NCBI GenBank assembly: GCA_902783665.1
Contig: CACZSG010000033.1
Coordinates: forward strand, 1 to 55,840
DNA from: an uncultured Lachnospiraceae bacterium
GTDB taxonomy: Bacteria > Bacillota > Clostridia > Lachnospirales > Lachnospiraceae
Reading direction: 5' to 3'
DNA length: 55,840 bases
Numbering within the stretch: the first letter of the stretch is position 1; every line of letters begins with the position of its first letter. Below, piece after piece: positions 21,042 to 29,592 of the stretch. Below the pieces are notes generated by a model, which did no database searches, was not told the DNA's origin, and was given only the letters and a program-made list of their open reading frames with translations. Both the position numbers and the translations under genes were made by a program.

Positions 21042-22442
21042 TTGACTGATAATCAAACTTATTTTGACCGCATTCAGGTAGTGCTGGACGGGCTTGTGAT
21101 CATTCTTTCCTATGTGATCGCCTGGCTCATCGGCCCCTGGACCTATCAGAGGACCGGAGGGGGCGGTGTCCTTTCGCCCGGCACATATATGCTGGCCCTG
21201 GTTTTCCTGGTGCCGTTTTTCCTGCTGCTTTACTATGCCTTCAACCTCTATACGGCAAAACGCATCGTGGGGCGCAGGCTGGAATTCGGCAATATTCTGA
21301 AGGCGAACCTGATCGGCGGCCTGACATTCATGGCATTGCTGTACGTGATCCATCTGGAACATATTTCCCGTGGAATGATCGTGCAGTTCCTGTTCCTGAA
21401 TGTGATCATCACCGCCATCCAGCGAAATGTGGTGCGTCATATCCTGATCCGCGCCAGAGCCGCGGGATTCAACCTGAAGCACATCATTCTTGTGGGCTAC
21501 AGCCGCGCGGCCGAGGAATTCATTGACCGGGTGCGCCAGAATCCCCAGTGGAGCTATGAGATCATGGGAATCCTGGACGACCGGATGGAACCCGGGGAAT
21601 CCTACAGGGGCATCCGCGTGCTGGGACATATCGACAGTCTGGAGAACATCCTGGCGTTCAACGGCCTGGATGAGATCGCCATCACCCTCGGGCTGGGTGA
21701 ATACTATAAACTGGAACGTATCGTGGCTTCCTGCGAGAAATCCGGGGTTCATACCAAGTTTATCCCCGACTACAGCAACATTATCCCGTCCCGTCCTTAT
21801 ACCGAGGACCTTATGGGGCTTCCTGTGGTGAATATCCGCCATGTGCCGCTGACCAACACCTTCAACATGATGGTGAAGCGGGTGTCCGACGTGATAGGGG
21901 CTGTCTTCTGCCTGATCCTGTTCTCGCCGCTGCTGCTGATCACGGCCATACTCATCAAGACCACTTCCAAGGGACCGCTCATCTTCAAACAGGAGCGAGT
22001 AGGCCTTCACAACCGCCCGTTCCAGATGTACAAATTCCGCTCCATGGAAGTACAGGAGGAGCAGGAGGAGAAAAAGGGATGGACCGTCAAGGACGATCCC
22101 CGCATCACGGGAATCGGCAAGCTGATCCGAAGGACCAGCATCGATGAATTTCCTCAGCTGTTCAATGTGCTTAAGGGCGATATGAGCCTGGTAGGGCCGA
22201 GGCCCGAAAGACCTCAGTTCGTGGAAAAATTCCGTGAAGAGATCCCCCGCTACATGGTCAAGCACCAGGTGCGGCCGGGAATGACCGGATGGGCCCAGAT
22301 CAACGGGTACCGCGGAAACACATCCATCAGAAAAAGGATCGATTACGACCTTTACTATATTGAAAACTGGACGATCGGGCTGGACATCAAGATCCTGTTC
22401 CTGACGATCTTCCGGGGCTTTATCAACAAGAACGCATATTGA
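21042..22442 (+). CDS. Undecaprenyl-phosphate glucose phosphotransferase (WcaJ-like priming glycosyltransferase)
   Basis: KFRSM, DDPRIT, SIDEFPQLFNVLKGDMSLVGPRPE, PGMTGWAQ; TTG start after GGAGG. Confidence 0.92.
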   Translation: MTDNQTYFDRIQVVLDGLVIILSYVIAWLIGPWTYQRTGGGGVLSPGTYMLALVFLVPFFLLLYYAFNLYTAKRIVGRRLEFGNILKANLIGGLTFMALLYVIHLEHISRGMIVQFLFLNVIITAIQRNVVRHILIRARAAGFNLKHIILVGYSRAAEEFIDRVRQNPQWSYEIMGILDDRMEPGESYRGIRVLGHIDSLENILAFNGLDEIAITLGLGEYYKLERIVASCEKSGVHTKFIPDYSNIIPSRPYTEDLMGLPVVNIRHVPLTNTFNMMVKRVSDVIGAVFCLILFSPLLLITAILIKTTSKGPLIFKQERVGLHNRPFQMYKFRSMEVQEEQEEKKGWTVKDDPRITGIGKLIRRTSIDEFPQLFNVLKGDMSLVGPRPERPQFVEKFREEIPRYMVKHQVRPGMTGWAQINGYRGNTSIRKRIDYDLYYIENWTIGLDIKILFLTIFRGFINKNAY

Positions 22443-22512
22443 CCGGCACAGCGCCGGAGGGCGGCATGTCTGTGCTGCCGCCGGCTGTGCCCGAATCAGA
22501 GGGAGAAAAGGA

Positions 22513-23526
22513 ATGGCTCGAAGAAGAAAAAAGAAGAAGCGCAGGATTACCCTGCTGATCCTTGAAATTCTCCTGCTGCTGATCCTGGCTGCAGGTTTGT
22601 TTGTTTTTGCCCAGCTCAGCAGGATGGGACACGTGAATGTGAAGAATCTGATCGTCAACAACGGGATCACCGGGGCCAAAGGGTACCGGAATTTTGCCCT
22701 GTTCGGAGTCGACTCCAGAGAAGGGGAGCTTGCCTCCGGGACCAACAGTGACACGATCATCATCTGCAGCATCAACCGCCGCACCAATGACGTCAAGCTT
22801 GTCTCCGTATACCGCGACACGTATCTGAACGATTCCACGGGCACCTACCGGAAAGCCACGGAGACCTACGCCGCGGGAGGCGCGGAACGCGCCATCAGCA
22901 TGCTGAACATGAATCTGGACCTTGATATTACGGACTTCGTCACAGTCGACTTTAATGCCATCGTGGAACTGGTCGACCTGATGGGCGGGATCGACCTGGA
23001 TATCACGGAGGAAGAACTCCAGTGGGTGAACGGCTACTGCGTGGAGAACCAGGCGGTGACAGGCGTTTCCTATACGCCCCTGGAAAGTGCCGGATATCAG
23101 CATGTGAACGGCATCCAGGCCCTCGCCTACTGCCGTATCCGTTACACGGACGGATGGGACTTCAAACGGACCGAGAGACAGCGGACCGTACTGCTGAAAC
23201 TGTTTGACAAGGCAAGAGAGCAGGGCGTGGCTTCCATCGGAAACCTGGTCAAAGAGATGCTTCCGCATATCTCCACCAGCCTTTCGACGACGGAACTGAT
23301 CAGCCTTGCCGCTGGGCTTAACGGATATCAGCTGGCCGATAACACGGGATTCCCATTCGACACGGCCTTCGCCGACATTTCTGCAGGAGACGTGGTGGTT
23401 CCGGTCACCCTTTCCTCCAATGTTGCGAAACTGCACAGTTTCCTGTATGGGGAGGAAGGATACGTACCTTCCCAGACGGTTCAGGATATCAGCAACAACA
23501 TCATCAACGCGACGGGAATCCAGTAA
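22513..23526 (+). CDS. LCP (LytR-CpsA-Psr) family glycopolymer ligase
   Basis: Basic N-terminus plus TM anchor, 'FGVDSR', 'SDTII', 'SVYRDT', 'RIRY..DFKRTERQR'. Confidence 0.9.
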   Translation: MARRRKKKKRRITLLILEILLLLILAAGLFVFAQLSRMGHVNVKNLIVNNGITGAKGYRNFALFGVDSREGELASGTNSDTIIICSINRRTNDVKLVSVYRDTYLNDSTGTYRKATETYAAGGAERAISMLNMNLDLDITDFVTVDFNAIVELVDLMGGIDLDITEEELQWVNGYCVENQAVTGVSYTPLESAGYQHVNGIQALAYCRIRYTDGWDFKRTERQRTVLLKLFDKAREQGVASIGNLVKEMLPHISTSLSTTELISLAAGLNGYQLADNTGFPFDTAFADISAGDVVVPVTLSSNVAKLHSFLYGEEGYVPSQTVQDISNNIINATGIQ

Positions 23527-23593
23527 CCGCGCCGCGCAGAACTGAGAAGACCGCGCGAAGGAAAGCTGAGCTGACCGCACGTAAAGGAGAGCT

Positions 23594-24538
23594 ATGACAC
23601 ATAACACAGCTTCGGTTCAGGTCATGATCCCGGTCTACAGGCCGGATCAGACGCTGCGGCTCCTTCTGGAGCGGCTGCTGCGGCAGACCAGGAAGCCGGA
23701 CAGGATCCTGCTGATCAATACGGAAGAGAGCCTTTTTGACGCTTCGCTGGTCGAAGGCCTGGAAAAGGTGGAAGTCCGGCATATTTCCAGAAAAGAATTT
23801 GATCACGGCGCGACCAGGCATATGGGAGCGGAAATGCTGGACGGAGATTATCTTCTCTTCATGACCCAGGACGCCCTGCCGGCGGACAGCCATCTTGTGG
23901 AGAATCTTGCCGCCTGCCTGGAAAAGGAGAATACCGGGGCTGCCTATGCCAGGCAGCTGCCCAGACCGGACTGCCAGGTGATCGAGCGGATCACCAGAAG
24001 CTTCAACTATCCGGAAAAGGGAGCCGTCCATACGGCGGAAGACGTGCCGGCTCTGGGGATCAAGGCCTATTTCTGCTCGAATGTCTGCGCCATGTACAGA
24101 AGAGACCTCTACGAGGCACTGGGCGGGTTCTGCCGCAGAGCCATCTTTAACGAGGACATGCTGTTCGCGGCAGCCCTGATCGGGAACGGCTATGCCGTTG
24201 AATACTGCGCGCAGGCGAGGGTGTACCATTCCCATAATTACAGTCTGAAGCAGCAGTTTTCAAGAAACTTCGATCTGGCGGTGTCGCAGGCGGAGCATCC
24301 GGAAGTGTTTGAGGCCGTTCCTTCGGAAGGAGAAGGGCTCCGTTTGGTCAGATACACTTCGGGGAAACTTCTCAGGTCGGGAAAAGGACTTTGGATCCCG
24401 TACTTCTTTCTGCAGTGCGCGGCAAAATACGCGGGATACTTCCTGGGTAAGCGATGGAGGCGGCTGCCGGAAAGAGTCATCCTGAAAATGACGATGAATC
24501 CCGGGTACTGGGAAAAAGAGTTCCGGGAACAGAATTAA
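23594..24538 (+). CDS. Family 2 glycosyltransferase (rhamnosyltransferase-like)
   Basis: 'FDHGATR', 'FMTQDA', 'YARQLP', 'FNEDM', 'VYHSHNY'. Confidence 0.82.
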   Translation: MTHNTASVQVMIPVYRPDQTLRLLLERLLRQTRKPDRILLINTEESLFDASLVEGLEKVEVRHISRKEFDHGATRHMGAEMLDGDYLLFMTQDALPADSHLVENLAACLEKENTGAAYARQLPRPDCQVIERITRSFNYPEKGAVHTAEDVPALGIKAYFCSNVCAMYRRDLYEALGGFCRRAIFNEDMLFAAALIGNGYAVEYCAQARVYHSHNYSLKQQFSRNFDLAVSQAEHPEVFEAVPSEGEGLRLVRYTSGKLLRSGKGLWIPYFFLQCAAKYAGYFLGKRWRRLPERVILKMTMNPGYWEKEFREQN

Positions 24539-24580
24539 AAGGGCTGAAGTTCAGCTTATATATGACAGAGAGAAAACAGA

Positions 24581-26188
24581 ATGGATAAATACACGGATCA
24601 GACATCAGAAGAGAAAGACGAAGAATACGAAAAAATCTGTATGCTCTGCCGCCGGCCTGAGAGCAGATGCGGAAAGCTTCTGGAACTGCCGGGAGGACTG
24701 AGTGTCTGCGGCAGCTGTCTGCAGAAAGCCATAGATACCATTCAGACCGCGGATTTTCCGATGGATGAGATGATGCAGTTCTCCGAACTGTTCCGGAAAC
24801 AGTACGGAACATCTTCGGAAACGTCCGGGAAAGGTTCCTCCGAAAAGAACTCCGGCCCGTCGGATCCGGCGGAGAAGGTTCCGGAAGAACAGGCTTCCGG
24901 GAAGACATCCGGCCAGCAGGGATCTAAGCCCGTGCAGCAGGGCCAGATGCCGGTGGCGGAAACACAGGAAGCCCAGGATGCCCAGGAAACAAAGACAAGG
25001 CCGAAAATGACCAACATCAGCATGATCAATCTTTCGGACCTGCTGGGCATGATCCCCCAGCGGCAGCGGGTGAAGAAGAAAAAGCCCCAGGAAGAAACGG
25101 TGGCGAAGACCTTTGATATCCGGTCCATTCCTGCGCCTCACAAGATCAAGGCCGGGCTGGACGAGTATGTGGTGGGCCAGGAGTATGCCAAGAAGGTCAT
25201 CTCCGTCGGCGTATACAACCACTATAAACGGATCGGCTCGGGCAGTTCGGGAGATGTGGAGATAGAAAAGAGCAACATGCTGATGATCGGGCCGACCGGG
25301 TGCGGAAAGACCTATCTGGTCAGGACCCTGGCCCGTCTGCTTGATGTTCCGCTGGCCATCACGGACGCGACTTCCCTTACGGAAGCGGGATACATCGGTG
25401 ACGATATCGAAAGTGTGGTCTCCAGACTGCTCGCGGCAGCGGACAATGACGTGGAGAGAGCGGAACAGGGGATCGTATTCATCGACGAGATTGACAAGAT
25501 CGCCAAGAAGGCCAATACGAACCAGAGGGATGTAAGCGGCGAATCGGTCCAGCAGGGACTGCTGAAGCTGCTGGAAGGCAGCGAGATCGAGGTTCCCGTC
25601 GGGGCCACAAGCAAGAATGCCATGGTGCCGATGGAGACCGTCAACACGGGAAACATCCTTTTCATCTGCGGCGGCGCCTTCCCCAACCTGGAGGATATCA
25701 TCAAGGAACGCCTGAACAGGCAGGCCTCCATCGGGTTCGGCAGCAATCTGAAAGATGCCTGGGACGAGGACGAGAACCTGCTGTCACAGGTAACCGTCGA
25801 AGACCTGCGCAAGTACGGTATGATCCCGGAATTCCTGGGAAGACTGCCCATTGTCTTTACCCTGCAGGGCCTTACGAAAGAAAAGCTTGTGCGCATTCTG
25901 AAAGAACCGCGCAACGCGATCATCCGGCAGTACAAAAAGCTGCTCGCGCTGGATGAAGTGAAACTGGAGTTTGACGATGACGCGCTGGAGGCGATCGCGG
26001 AGCAGGCGCTGGAAAAGAAGACCGGTGCCCGGGCCCTTCGGGCCGTCCTGGAGCGGATCATGCTGGATATCATGTATGAGATCCCCAAGGATGACAATAT
26101 CGGCAGTGTCAGGATCACAAGGGCCTATATCGAAAACAGAGGAGGCCCGGTCATCACACTCCGGCAGACACCGCAGCTGCCACAGTAA
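24581..26188 (+). CDS. clpX: ATP-dependent Clp protease ATPase ClpX (with long N-terminal insertion)
   Basis: C4 Zn finger, 'YVVGQE.AKK', GPTGCGKT, 'DATSLTEAGY', FIDEIDK, IGF loop, GARALR. Confidence 0.9.
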   Translation: MDKYTDQTSEEKDEEYEKICMLCRRPESRCGKLLELPGGLSVCGSCLQKAIDTIQTADFPMDEMMQFSELFRKQYGTSSETSGKGSSEKNSGPSDPAEKVPEEQASGKTSGQQGSKPVQQGQMPVAETQEAQDAQETKTRPKMTNISMINLSDLLGMIPQRQRVKKKKPQEETVAKTFDIRSIPAPHKIKAGLDEYVVGQEYAKKVISVGVYNHYKRIGSGSSGDVEIEKSNMLMIGPTGCGKTYLVRTLARLLDVPLAITDATSLTEAGYIGDDIESVVSRLLAAADNDVERAEQGIVFIDEIDKIAKKANTNQRDVSGESVQQGLLKLLEGSEIEVPVGATSKNAMVPMETVNTGNILFICGGAFPNLEDIIKERLNRQASIGFGSNLKDAWDEDENLLSQVTVEDLRKYGMIPEFLGRLPIVFTLQGLTKEKLVRILKEPRNAIIRQYKKLLALDEVKLEFDDDALEAIAEQALEKKTGARALRAVLERIMLDIMYEIPKDDNIGSVRITRAYIENRGGPVITLRQTPQLPQ

Positions 26189-26191
26189 CAT

Positions 26192-26220
26192 TTGACAAAT
26201 TCCGGCTGAATTGATATATT
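26192..26220 (+). promoter_or_regulatory. sigma70 promoter of the sigma factor gene
   Basis: TTGACA-17 bp-TATATT with TG extended -10. Confidence 0.75.
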
Positions 26221-26269
26221 AAGGGGTACCCTGTTTAATAGTCAGCGAAAGAAAAGGGGAGATGCTTCT

Positions 26270-27400
26270 ATGAGCGAAACGAAGGAGCAATTCATCAAAT
26301 GCCTGGAAAACCTGAAGAATTCTGCAAAGCAGAAACGAAATACGCTTGAGTATGATGAGATTCTGAAAGCCTTTCCCGGTATTGAACTGACAGAAGACAA
26401 GATCGACAAGATCCTGGATTATCTCGAGAAGAATCATATTGACGTCCTGCAGGGAAAATCGCCCGAGGACCTTACCGAAGATTCCATGCTTCTGGATTCC
26501 GAAGATGATCTGATCCTGACCGATCATGATGAACCGGACCTGGTGGAAGACGTTGACATTCTGGAAGGCGTCAGCACCGAAGATCCTGTCCGCATGTACC
26601 TGAAAGAAATCGGAAACGTGCCGCTTCTTTCCGCAGAGGAAGAAACGGAACTTGCAAAACGCGTGGAACAGGGCGACGAGGAGGCAAAGAAAAAGCTGAC
26701 CGAGGCAAACCTTCGTCTGGTAGTCAGCATTGCCAAGAAGTATGTCGGACGCGGAATGCCGTTTCTGGATCTGATCCAGGAAGGAAACATGGGCCTGATG
26801 AAGGCCGTGGACAAATTCGATTATACAAAGGGATACAAGTTCAGCACCTACGCAACCTGGTGGATCCGTCAGGCCATCACCCGCGGCATCGCGGATACGG
26901 GCCGTACCATCCGTGTTCCGGTCCATATGGTGGAGACCATCAACAAGACCCTGAGAATGACCAGGACACTGCTGCAGGAACTCGGCCGGGAACCGACCCC
27001 GGAAGAAGTGGCTGACAGACTGGGCGTTCCCGTGAGCCGTGTACGTGAGGTCCTGAAGATCTCCCGTGATCCGGTTTCCCTGGACACCCCCATCGGTGAA
27101 GAGGACGATTCCCATCTTGGAGATTTCATAGAGGATGACACCGCCCTGTCACCGGCGGATTCGGCTGCCTTTACCATGTTGAGGGAAGAACTCGACACAG
27201 CCCTGGAATCCCTGACGGAACGTGAACGCCAGGTGGTGAAGCTCCGCTTCGGCCTGGAGGACGGACGTGCCAGAACCCTGGAGGAAGTCGGAAAGACCTT
27301 TAACGTGACCCGTGAAAGGATCAGGCAGATCGAGGCGAAAGCGCTCCGGAAACTGCGCCATCCTTCCAGAAGCAAACGTCTGAAGGATTTCCTGAACTAA
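26270..27400 (+). CDS. rpoD: RNA polymerase sigma-70 factor, SigA/RpoD-like (possibly a paralogue)
   Basis: [54 protein letters not shown]. Confidence 0.85.
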   Translation: MSETKEQFIKCLENLKNSAKQKRNTLEYDEILKAFPGIELTEDKIDKILDYLEKNHIDVLQGKSPEDLTEDSMLLDSEDDLILTDHDEPDLVEDVDILEGVSTEDPVRMYLKEIGNVPLLSAEEETELAKRVEQGDEEAKKKLTEANLRLVVSIAKKYVGRGMPFLDLIQEGNMGLMKAVDKFDYTKGYKFSTYATWWIRQAITRGIADTGRTIRVPVHMVETINKTLRMTRTLLQELGREPTPEEVADRLGVPVSRVREVLKISRDPVSLDTPIGEEDDSHLGDFIEDDTALSPADSAAFTMLREELDTALESLTERERQVVKLRFGLEDGRARTLEEVGKTFNVTRERIRQIEAKALRKLRHPSRSKRLKDFLN

Positions 27401-27408
27401 GCGAAATG

Positions 27409-27445
27409 AAGCCCCTGAACGGTCTTGTGACCGCCAGGGGCTTTT
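27409..27445 (+). terminator. Rho-independent terminator
   Basis: aagcccctg..cggtc-ttgt-gaccg..caggggctttt after the sigma stop. Confidence 0.75.
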
Positions 27446-27493
27446 GAAATCAGTTTTGTTCTTTGGAAAATACATATAGAACCGCTTTTGTCC

Positions 27494-27522
27494 TTGAGTT
27501 TTTTGGTTATTATTTATATAAT
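27494..27522 (+). promoter_or_regulatory. sigma70 promoter of ferredoxin
   Basis: TTGAGT-17 bp-TATAAT. Confidence 0.65.
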
Positions 27523-27592
27523 GAAAACAATCAGAAAGACCAGATTTTCTTCTGGGTTGATCTGTCAAACAAATCTAAAGGAGGATAACAAA

Positions 27593-27763
27593 ATGGCATA
27601 TGTAATCTCTGATGAATGTGTAGCTTGCGGTACCTGCGCAGCTGAATGTCCGGCAGAAGCGATCAGCGAGGGCGACGGAAAGTTCGTCATCGATGCTGAT
27701 GCATGTCTTGATTGCGGAACATGCGAAAGTGTATGTCCCACAGGCGCTATCTCTGCTGAATAA
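27593..27763 (+). CDS. fdx: 2x[4Fe-4S] clostridial ferredoxin (56 aa)
   Basis: MAYVISDECVACGTCAAECP...CLDCGTCESVCP; AAGGAGG RBS. Confidence 0.95.
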   Translation: MAYVISDECVACGTCAAECPAEAISEGDGKFVIDADACLDCGTCESVCPTGAISAE

Positions 27764-27776
27764 TCAAAAGTACGCG

Positions 27777-27808
27777 AAAGGCGGGCAGCTTTGGCTGTCC
27801 GCCTTTTT
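27777..27808. terminator. Terminator between convergent fdx and permease genes
   Basis: aaaggcgggcagc-tttg-gctgtccgccttttt. Confidence 0.85.
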
Positions 27809-27894
27809 GTATGCTTGTATTCTGCATGTCTTCGTGTTTTGCCTGGTATGTCTTTAGGTTCTGTTTGGCCTTATTTCTATTGTTGCATACCGTA

Positions 27895-29169
27895 TTATGC
27901 CCATATGAGATAGCAGACCAGTCCGCCGGCGGCCGCAGCCACAAGCGTACACGGAACTCCGATGCGCATGAAATCTCCCGTAGTCACCTTGTATCCCATC
28001 TTCTGCAGAATGCCGATGCCCGCTATGTTGGCGGAAGCGCCTACAGGCGTAATGTTTCCGCCCAGGGTAGCCCCGATCAGAAGACCGTAGCAGAAGAGGT
28101 AGGGGGAAACTCCAAGGATGTTGGCGATGCCTGTCACAACGGGAAGCATCGTCGCCACATAGGGAATATTGTCAATGAAAGCACTCAGGAATACGGAAAC
28201 CACCAGGATCAGGATGTACATCAGAAGTACGGAGCCGCCGCCGGCCTTTACAAAGAGCTTGGCGATGGCATCGATGACGCCGGCCTGTGTAATACCCTCG
28301 ATCACCATAAAGAGGCCTGCCAGAAGCAGCAGAGTCTTATAGTCCACGGTCTTTATGACGGCAAGAACGCTGCCGGCCTGACGGGAACGCAGTAACTCAT
28401 GCAGCAGACCGATCATGGCCAGAGCGCAGCAGATGTAGCCGTTGGTCAGTTCCGGTTTGTTCGGGAACTGGGAGGCCACGATCAGAAGCACGATGGTCAG
28501 AAGAAGCAGGATACCGGGCACATAGTTGTTTACCTTTACCGTAACCTCGCTTTTGACAGCTGCCGTCTCCCTGCGGAAGATCCAGAGCAGTACGGGAATG
28601 GTCATAAGAGCGCCGGCCTCCACGGCAAAGGTGATGCCCGGCCTTCCCTGAAACCAGAAGAAATCGTTGAAGCTCATTTTCGCGTAGCTGCCCAGCAGGA
28701 TGGAAGTGGTGTCCCCCACCAGTGTGGCAGCGCCCTGCAGGTTGCTGGAGACCGCGATGGAGATGATCACCGGAATCGGGTTGGTCTTCAGTTTCTGCGC
28801 GACAGCCAGTCCCACGGGAGCTACCATAAGGACGGTGGCCACATTGTCTACGAAAGCAGAGATGATTCCCGCGAACAGGCTCAGCATGACAACGGCCCAC
28901 ATGACATTGGGAACGACCTGAAGAAGCTTCTCGGCCATGAGGGCAGGCATACGGCTCTGGATGAACAGTTCTACCGTGATCATCGTGCCTGCCAGCATCA
29001 TCAGCACATTCCAGTTGATGGCACCCAGGGCCGCGGAGGGTGGCAGTATGCCCAGCAGCAGAAAGACAGCGGCTGCGGCGAGCGCAACGATGTAGCGCCG
29101 GTCCGTGATGATCAGAAGAAGAACATACATGACAATGAACAGGAGCAATGCCAAAACCATCTGGTTCAT
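27895..29169 (-). CDS. SLC13/ArsB/NhaD (IT superfamily) permease
   Basis: Duplicated 'SAFVDNV'/'SAFIDNIP', 'GAATLVGD', 'GGNITPVGASAN'; ATG 29169 after GAGG. Confidence 0.82.
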   Translation of the reverse strand: MNQMVLALLLFIVMYVLLLIITDRRYIVALAAAAVFLLLGILPPSAALGAINWNVLMMLAGTMITVELFIQSRMPALMAEKLLQVVPNVMWAVVMLSLFAGIISAFVDNVATVLMVAPVGLAVAQKLKTNPIPVIISIAVSSNLQGAATLVGDTTSILLGSYAKMSFNDFFWFQGRPGITFAVEAGALMTIPVLLWIFRRETAAVKSEVTVKVNNYVPGILLLLTIVLLIVASQFPNKPELTNGYICCALAMIGLLHELLRSRQAGSVLAVIKTVDYKTLLLLAGLFMVIEGITQAGVIDAIAKLFVKAGGGSVLLMYILILVVSVFLSAFIDNIPYVATMLPVVTGIANILGVSPYLFCYGLLIGATLGGNITPVGASANIAGIGILQKMGYKVTTGDFMRIGVPCTLVAAAAGGLVCYLIWA

Positions 29170-29253
29170 AATAGTAGACCTCATTTCCGGAATCTGATTT
29201 GATCGTAAGAATAATGCCAGTGTCCTGGATTCGGATCATTATTTTTACACAGT

Positions 29254-29351
29254 GAAATACCGCCAGGGGAGCTGACGGTATTTCGAGGGGAGTATAAATA
29301 ATTAATAAGGGGTTTGTAAAAAGAATTATAGAAGGGTAAATCCTTTTCACA
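29254..29351 (-). ncRNA. Candidate C-rich small RNA or regulatory 5' leader
   Basis: Downstream of a consensus promoter; CCCC/CUCCCC motifs; 3' hairpin gaaataccgtcag/ctggcggtatttc whose mismatch is a G-U pair only on the minus strand. Confidence 0.45.
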
Positions 29352-29357
29352 GATTGG

Positions 29358-29386
29358 ATTATAATATAGATGCTCAAAAAATGCAA
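29358..29386 (-). promoter_or_regulatory. sigma70 promoter (minus strand)
   Basis: TTGCAT-17 bp-TATAAT on the minus strand. Confidence 0.7.
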
Positions 29387-29592
29387 CCCTATTTTTGAAG
29401 AAATTTTTACGAAAATGTTACAATCCGTGGGCGAAACACGAAATCTTGTGCCTGAGACCGGTTTCGGGACGAAATCTTGTGTTTTGAGAGGATTTATTTT
29501 TTACAAACGCCATATCACAGGTTGGCACTTTAATTTGCGGCTTATCTATGGTAAAATGGGATAGACTTTAGTTTTACGGGGGTTTACATGTC

